Part shown: piece after piece, positions 58,404 to 64,000 of the stretch
How the letters are laid out: each line of letters begins with the position of its first letter
Numbering within the stretch: position 1 is the stretch's first letter
Assembly: GCA_044226015.1 (NCBI GenBank)
Contig: JBGAHS010000007.1
Location: 256,001-320,000 of the forward strand
DNA length: 64,000 bases
Direction: 5' to 3'
Source: Candidatus Obscuribacteraceae bacterium
Lineage (GTDB): Bacteria > Cyanobacteriota > Vampirovibrionia > Obscuribacterales > Obscuribacteraceae
The notes under the pieces: generated by a model
What the model was told of the DNA's origin: nothing
Databases searched by the model: none
Seen by the model: the letters and a program-made list of their open reading frames with translations, nothing else
Made by a program: the position numbers and the translations under genes

Positions 58404-59084
58404 ATGGCAAAGATTCTAGTCGTCGACGACAACATCGACCTCGCTGACAACGTTAAGACATGGCTTCAGATGGAGCAACATACTGTCGATGTATGCAACG
58501 ACGGGCTGGCTGGTCTCGAGTATCTTCGCACCTATCAATATGATGTGATCATTTTAGACTGGGCGATGCCGAAAATGACTGGTATTGAGGTGCTTAAGCA
58601 GTATCGCTCGTTGAAAGGTGTTACTCCCGTTTTGATGCTGACCGGTAGGCGTAGCATCGACGACAAAGAGGAAGGACTCGATGCCGGAGCCGATGACTAC
58701 CTGACAAAACCATTTGAAATGCGCGAAGTGTCTGCACGTGTCAGAGCATTGCTCCGTCGTCCGCAAGCTCAGCCTAGCAATACTTTGACAGTCGCCAACG
58801 TCACTCTGGACAAAGAGATTCGTAAAGTCAGCAAAAATGGCAGCGAATTGAGGCTAATGCCCAAAGATTTTGCAATTCTTGAACTCTTAATGACCTATCC
58901 GAACAAGGTGTTTTCGGCGGAGAGCTTGATAGAGCGAATCTGGTCCAGCGATACTGATGCGTCCCCCGAGGTAGTGCGCAAGCACATTAATAGAATTCGG
59001 ACTCAAATCGACACAGAAGGCAAGCCCTCGCTGATACGCACAGTTCATGGCGTTGGCTATGCTCTTGAACCTCCCCAATCCTAG
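58404..59084 (+). CDS. OmpR/PhoB family response regulator
   Basis: LVVDD, ILDWAMP, GADDYLTKPF, IRTVHGVGY. Confidence 0.96.
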   Translation: MAKILVVDDNIDLADNVKTWLQMEQHTVDVCNDGLAGLEYLRTYQYDVIILDWAMPKMTGIEVLKQYRSLKGVTPVLMLTGRRSIDDKEEGLDAGADDYLTKPFEMREVSARVRALLRRPQAQPSNTLTVANVTLDKEIRKVSKNGSELRLMPKDFAILELLMTYPNKVFSAESLIERIWSSDTDASPEVVRKHINRIRTQIDTEGKPSLIRTVHGVGYALEPPQS

Positions 59085-59177
59085 CTCTAGAGACATCCAG
59101 ACCTGCGATCGCATGATTCTGCGCTTAACTTGATAGAAAAGCCTTCCTAACTTTTCTGTCATTTCAGTGCTTTCTAT

Positions 59178-59232
59178 GGAGACAATTCGGGGACAAATTC
59201 AGGACAGAACTGAGACGCTTTCAAAATATCAT
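59178..59232 (+). promoter_or_regulatory. Four direct repeats with 11-bp period plus -10 box
   Basis: RRGAC with GAC at 59181, 59192, 59203 and 59214; TATCAT at 59227. Confidence 0.55.
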
Positions 59233-59261
59233 GATTGCATGGTTGATGAACAAGAGAGCGA

Positions 59262-59675
59262 TTGAGGTCGAGAGTAATGAACAAGTCAGGCAAGAAGTGT
59301 TCGGAAATGAAGAGAGTTTTCAGCAAAAGAGAAGCCAGTTCTATATTAATCGCGCTTATGATGATGCCAGCAGCGATGGCGCAGTCTGAAGTGAATACAG
59401 ACAGTCAGCGCATAACTGCAGCTACTGTTATGGGTCAAGAAATAAGAATAATCGCTTCAAGCATCATTAGCTGCATGGCTGAAAATCCTCGCAAACTAAA
59501 TGCTCCAGTCCCTACAGTGAAAGTTCCTTCGAAATCATATGTACTTGTTCTGCAGGAAATGCAAAATCAGCATGCTCGCTTCTTGCTTCCTGGCAGTCCC
59601 ATTCCGCTTAACGCCAGAGTTGTGTTTCAACTTGAATCTGAAGATGGCTTGAGCCAAACTGTTTACTTCATTTAG
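59262..59675 (+). CDS. Small secreted hypothetical protein (start likely downstream)
   Basis: Signal peptide ending AMA-Q. Confidence 0.55.
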   Translation: MRSRVMNKSGKKCSEMKRVFSKREASSILIALMMMPAAMAQSEVNTDSQRITAATVMGQEIRIIASSIISCMAENPRKLNAPVPTVKVPSKSYVLVLQEMQNQHARFLLPGSPIPLNARVVFQLESEDGLSQTVYFI

Positions 59676-59685
59676 TTGCTGAGCC

Positions 59686-59822
59686 AGTTTTCATAGCTCC
59701 CGCTTTCATTGAACCACCAGTTTTATGGCTCCAGCTTATCTCCAGCGTTAGTAGCTCCAGCTTTTATAGATCCTGCTTTCATAGCTCCGCCTTTTTTATC
59801 TCCAGCTTTCATCGCTCCGGCT
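59686..59822. repeat. Degenerate ~15-bp tandem repeat, consensus CTTTCATAGCTCCAG, about 9 units
   Basis: Read directly; lies between convergent genes. Confidence 0.7.
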
Positions 59823-59838
59823 GAGGCAGCTATTCGAA

Positions 59839-60780
59839 CTAGTTGCAAATTTTCTTGAGCGCAGTATACGCCTCTACCGTCAGATGTTCCGGTACATCAT
59901 TATGTCCGCAATCATCAAGTAACGCTAGCGTTTTATTGTTTCCACTCGCCGCTTCGAAGAGGTCTTTGGCATTGTGCGGAGGAATGAGGGCGTCATTTTT
60001 GCCATGGAGAATAAGTAGTTTTGGATGTTCTCCCTTCACGTAGCTGAGAGTGTCGAGATTGTTGAATGGATAGAACGAGTTGGGATATACGGAAAAGAGC
60101 GGAAATTTTTCTTTTGCAAATAGCGGTATGGAAAGGAATGCTGACTGCAAGATAACGCCGGCACATTTGCGCTTGCTCGATATCTGCCCACTGATTCCAG
60201 TTCCAAGTGATTCGCCATACAGGACGATCGAACTTGCCGGAATTCTCAACTCTTTAACCAGGTAATCAAAAGCAGCTATTCCATCTTCGCAACTGCCGTT
60301 AACATCGACAGCCCCGCGGCTTAAGCCAAAGCCTCTATAGTCATAAATAAATACCGATGCACCTGTAGCCAGTAGCATTTTGATGACGCCCTTTCTCTGG
60401 GTCAGGTTTCCTGCATTTCCGTGGCTGAGCAGAACTGTTTTTTTTGAGTTCGCTTGTGGAAAATACCAGCCATGTAACCTCGTGCCATCAGCACTTTTGA
60501 AGAAAGTATTTTTTCCAATAATGCCATCAACATCGGTGTCATTAAAGCTGCCCAGGACACAAGGGTGAAAAATGGCAGTGTTGTAGAATGGCATCGAGAC
60601 TAGTGGACAGAAAAAAATATAGTACAGCGCCAATTTCGACAAAATCTGAAGCGAAATTTGCTTCTTGCTCTGTTTGACCTTTGGCTCTGCTACCTTCCAG
60701 CTGGAAGGGAGAAAAGTTGAAGTGAGGAAGTGCATGAATCCTGCTTTTTGATTCGTTGCTATTGCAGCTTGTGTGCTCAT
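59839..60780 (-). CDS. Alpha/beta hydrolase (Bem46/ABHD17-like)
   Basis: HGNAGN, DYRGFG, GESLG, HGKND, GHND. Confidence 0.9.
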   Translation of the reverse strand: MSTQAAIATNQKAGFMHFLTSTFLPSSWKVAEPKVKQSKKQISLQILSKLALYYIFFCPLVSMPFYNTAIFHPCVLGSFNDTDVDGIIGKNTFFKSADGTRLHGWYFPQANSKKTVLLSHGNAGNLTQRKGVIKMLLATGASVFIYDYRGFGLSRGAVDVNGSCEDGIAAFDYLVKELRIPASSIVLYGESLGTGISGQISSKRKCAGVILQSAFLSIPLFAKEKFPLFSVYPNSFYPFNNLDTLSYVKGEHPKLLILHGKNDALIPPHNAKDLFEAASGNNKTLALLDDCGHNDVPEHLTVEAYTALKKICN

Positions 60781-61078
60781 GCTTGTATCTCCGCTTTCTA
60801 GAGGTGTTTTTCGATTCTATTGGTCTGCCATATGTTCCAGCATTTTTCAAAACAGTTCAGAAACTGATCGCTTGTTTTTTTAGAGCTTAAAGTGACCGTA
60901 AACAGTTGGAACCAGAACATAATGGGATTAATAGATGACTCCATTAAAGCTCGGGATGATTGTCTGAGCTATGCCGTTTAATCTCGCGCGTATGAGGACG
61001 AACCCTGAATGCAATTAGGTATTCACCTATTTCAGGAAATCAAAAGATGCGATAGCGGATTGTTGTTCTGTTAGACTT

Positions 61079-61642
61079 ATGAGCATGAATAGGATCAAGA
61101 AATTAGAGCATTTGAGCAAATTCCTTTCTTTTGTTCTGAGGCATGACCCCGCTTCAATAGACCTTTCTTTAGATGAGGCAGGCTGGGCTAACATAGAACA
61201 ACTTCTTAAATCTGCTGGAGCTCACGGCACGGAAATCTCAAGGGAAGACTTGTTTGAGATCGTGGAGACGAGCGATAAGCAGCGATTCTCTTTAAGCGCA
61301 GACAACTGTTCAATTCGTGCCAATCAAGGACATAGCATAAAAGTCTCGTTGGGTTATGAAGCTTGTTTGCCTCCACAATTCTTGTTGCATGGAACAGCGA
61401 AGAGATTTTGCGCCGCAATAATGAATGAGGGACTCAAAAAGATGGACCGCCATCATGTCCATTTGACTGAGTCGGTTCAAACTGCAAAAGCTGTTGGAAC
61501 GAGATATGGTGAATTGCGGTTATTGAGAGTGCGAAGCCGCGACATGTATGATCGAGGGTACAAGTTTTTCCTCAGCGATAACAATGTCTGGCTTACTGAC
61601 CATGTGCCTGCGGAATTTCTAGAGTATTTTGAGGGCGATTGA
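61079..61642 (+). CDS. kptA: RNA 2'-phosphotransferase (Tpt1/KptA)
   Basis: LRH, DKQRF, IRANQGHS, HGT, RHHVHL, NNVWL. Confidence 0.95.
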   Translation: MSMNRIKKLEHLSKFLSFVLRHDPASIDLSLDEAGWANIEQLLKSAGAHGTEISREDLFEIVETSDKQRFSLSADNCSIRANQGHSIKVSLGYEACLPPQFLLHGTAKRFCAAIMNEGLKKMDRHHVHLTESVQTAKAVGTRYGELRLLRVRSRDMYDRGYKFFLSDNNVWLTDHVPAEFLEYFEGD

Positions 61643-61690
61643 GCCGATTTATTGCTTGCTGCAATACCTTGTGAGTGCTAGAGTAAGAAT

Positions 61691-61945
61691 ATGAGATTAA
61701 GAGAATTCCTTAATAAGAAAGTTCGCATACGCAACTGGTACCTTTCGCTTCTGAAGTGGTCCTGCTTCTTGTTTGGGATTATTTTTGGTTCTTTGTTTGG
61801 ATGGCTACTGGCTCCTTTTATGCTGCACATCTTAGTGGCGGCAATTGTTCTAAGCCTGGCTTTCATGTATGTATGGATTAGAGCACTCAAAAGAGCATGT
61901 GCAGAAGACAAAGTCGCTGAGATGAATGACTCCGACTTCTTTTAA
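61691..61945 (+). CDS. Small 2-TM membrane protein
   Basis: 84 aa with two hydrophobic helices. Confidence 0.6.
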   Translation: MRLREFLNKKVRIRNWYLSLLKWSCFLFGIIFGSLFGWLLAPFMLHILVAAIVLSLAFMYVWIRALKRACAEDKVAEMNDSDFF

Positions 61946-61996
61946 TTGACCTTGCCACCACCCATAGTGTCTTGGCATGTCACAGGATTGTTGCTG

Positions 61997-62494
61997 TTAC
62001 CGTCTGTATTTTGGAACAAATTTGCGGGGATCAGGCGCTTCCGCTGGAGTGTTTCTGACCAGCCTCATCAGCTTTGTGACCTCTTGTGGATCCATCCAGC
62101 TTTCAGTCGTCATCAAGCTGTTCTTGATGTTTTCTTTTGAAAGGCGCAAGCTGTGTTCGTTTTCGGCGTGACTGAGTGCCGCCTCGATGAGAAGATTGAA
62201 TTTTGCATCAAGCTGCTGTAACTGTTCTGGGCTTGCTGCTTCCATGTCCAGGAGTAAATTGCGATTATCGCTAACTACTCTGATGAAGGTGGCTTTTTTC
62301 TCTTCTAATCCGAGAACACTTTGTTTGGTTTGAATAGTGAAAAACTTTGAGTCGAGATATTTGTTTTGATCGAACTTCCCAGATTTGAGAACCACATCAC
62401 TACCGTTCCAAAGGTAGCTAGCAGGTTTTCGGATGCTTCCAAGCACCCGATTCAATCCGCTGAAGCCTGGTGGACGTACCGAGAAGTCGGACAT
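61997..62494 (-). CDS. Hypothetical protein
   Basis: 165-aa ORF with GAGGA RBS. Confidence 0.7.
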   Translation of the reverse strand: MSDFSVRPPGFSGLNRVLGSIRKPASYLWNGSDVVLKSGKFDQNKYLDSKFFTIQTKQSVLGLEEKKATFIRVVSDNRNLLLDMEAASPEQLQQLDAKFNLLIEAALSHAENEHSLRLSKENIKNSLMTTESWMDPQEVTKLMRLVRNTPAEAPDPRKFVPKYRR

Positions 62495-62694
62495 AAGCCA
62501 ATCCTCAAAATTGCCAACTATCCGTTACTAACTATATATTGATGTACAACTAAGCACAAGCAAGCTCAAAACTTGCTAATGCTTGTGCATCAGGGAGTTT
62601 CAATTGGTCTCTTAGCTTTAGCTGCTTGTCCGTCAAAGAGTTTCGAGATTGTGCCGCTGCAGTCTCGACTCTGCTTTACAACAAATTTATGGAC

Positions 62695-63465
62695 CTACTT
62701 CTTCTCTTCGTCGGCCGACTTAACTTCCTCGACGTCGACGATCATAGGGAGGTTCGCATCAACCTGGGTTTTTGCCGGTGCTTCGCTTGCGGCGATTAGC
62801 CGAGGACCAGAGCTACCTGCCACATTAGCCTTCAATTTCAATAACTCGTCTTCTAGACCTGCTTGCTTATCCCATTCTTTGAAGTCTGTTTCTGTTTTAG
62901 ACATTCCTGACATTTCTCTGACAGCCTGGCTCATGGCTTCTTTCTCGGCAATCTTCTGTTCAAGCTTGTCCATGCTGGACATACCTGCGCTACCGCCAGT
63001 TCCAAGCAACTTGTTTGCTTCGGTGATGGTGTCACTGGCCTTCGCTCTTGCCAGTATCTCGCTCTTCTTTGACCTGAATTCTTGCAGCTTCTTTTGAATC
63101 TCAGCGAAGCGCTCTTTGGTCATTGCAATGGTGTTTCTTTGTTCAGTTAGCTGCGCTTCAAGCGAACTCAGCGTCTGGGCTAATTCCTGTTTCTTGCTCA
63201 GGCATTGGCGTGCAATCTCATCATTGTTTTGTTGAACTGCTTGCATTGCACGCTTTTCCCAGAGAGCAAGTTCTTCCTGGGCCTTTTGTACTTTCTTATC
63301 CAGCATTTTTTCATTAGCCATGCTGGTTGTTAGCGATTCGCTGATTTTTTTGAAATTCGATTCCAACTCCATTTCCGCTTGCTCTGCAAGAACTTCTGGC
63401 GTCTCCATCTTAGCCATGCCTTTGTTAAACATGGACTTGAAAATACTCATTAGGCGCTCGAACAT
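62695..63465 (-). CDS. pspA: PspA/IM30 family protein
   Basis: MFERLMSIFKS...ETPE, WEKRAMQAV, ARQCL, ARAKA, DELLKLK; AGGAG RBS. Confidence 0.92.
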   Translation of the reverse strand: MFERLMSIFKSMFNKGMAKMETPEVLAEQAEMELESNFKKISESLTTSMANEKMLDKKVQKAQEELALWEKRAMQAVQQNNDEIARQCLSKKQELAQTLSSLEAQLTEQRNTIAMTKERFAEIQKKLQEFRSKKSEILARAKASDTITEANKLLGTGGSAGMSSMDKLEQKIAEKEAMSQAVREMSGMSKTETDFKEWDKQAGLEDELLKLKANVAGSSGPRLIAASEAPAKTQVDANLPMIVDVEEVKSADEEKK

Positions 63466-63527
63466 CTGCAATCTCCTGGCAAGGGAATCGGTCGACAACT
63501 GTCTCTATAATAATAGCAATTTCACAC

Positions 63528-63568
63528 AGAAACAAATAGGAGCAGGGCGCTTGGCCTACTGCTCCTAG
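63528..63568 (-). terminator. Terminator after the second M4 protease
   Basis: TAGGAGCAG...CTGCTCCTA stem followed by TTTGTTTCT on the minus strand. Confidence 0.65.
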
Positions 63569-63591
63569 AAAATAGCTGTGACCGGAATCAA

Positions 63592-64000
63592 CTATGCTGC
63601 CGGCTTTTTCGGTTTTACCTCTTGTTTATCGGTTTCAGTTTGGGGCACTGGATGTGTTGTTCTTGGCTTGAACGGTGTTGAGCTATCAGTTCCGTTTAGA
63701 GCTGGTTTTACTCCAACTGTATCCCAGGCTTTTTCTAGCTTCGCGACTACATCTGCTCCATAGCCCAGTTTCTTTGCCTGGTCAATGGTGTGGTAGGCAA
63801 AAGAGGCAAAGCTTGGCTCATTGCCACAAACCTTTCTAGCCGCATACCAGATTTTTGCTGGTGTTTCCCAAGCGTTGCCTTCAACATCAATTGCAAATGT
63901 TGCGAACGCTCTGTTCGGAATTCCAGAGTTATAGTGCACACCACCATTGTCACCGCTCATGACCTTGTAGCTATTCATGTGGTCAGGTTGTGGATCCTTT
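63592..64000 (-). CDS. Second protealysin-like M4 protease, C-terminal part (5' end outside window)
   Basis: DPQPDHM, GGVHYNSGIPNRAF, AWDTVGV; paralog of 13259-14500. Confidence 0.9.
   Translation of the reverse strand, partial: KDPQPDHMNSYKVMSGDNGGVHYNSGIPNRAFATFAIDVEGNAWETPAKIWYAARKVCGNEPSFASFAYHTIDQAKKLGYGADVVAKLEKAWDTVGVKPALNGTDSSTPFKPRTTHPVPQTETDKQEVKPKKPAA

Overview
Chromosomal window of a bacterium, about 45% GC by eye. Protein style and the intact, cyanobacterial-type dnaE suggest a non-photosynthetic Cyanobacteriota relative (Vampirovibrionia/Melainabacteria, Obscuribacterales-like); this is inference only. Housekeeping and metabolic content: an OvoA-like sulfoxide synthase running off the left edge (absent from the ORF track), an orphan MurE paralog, glpD, a MoxR-DUF58-transglutaminase operon, aroA/aroC/aroB/pheA, aroF plus chorismate mutase, a PII-like protein, speD, an RND pump, dnaE, ruvA, tRNA-Pro(CGG), a two-component pair, kptA, pspA and two protealysin-like M4 proteases. 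No CRISPR array, transposase or prophage was seen. Top observations: (1) two tandem, apparently duplicated Phe-rich leader peptides (MKRPIPFFFFFIEVHLD, MQKQFFSFEFFFSQVPLA) ahead of aroF, with a complete promoter/antiterminator/terminator layout for the first; (2) a two-gene module in which a protein built of ten PDNVxCxGxxC (Cx4C) repeats sits beside a thioredoxin carrying one copy of that repeat, both preceded by a shared 65-bp element with 11-bp periodicity; (3) a highly structured ~300-nt non-coding stretch downstream of the first copy of that element; (4) several enzymes with altered signature motifs, an EF-hand/calpain pseudogene and four intergenic minisatellites.
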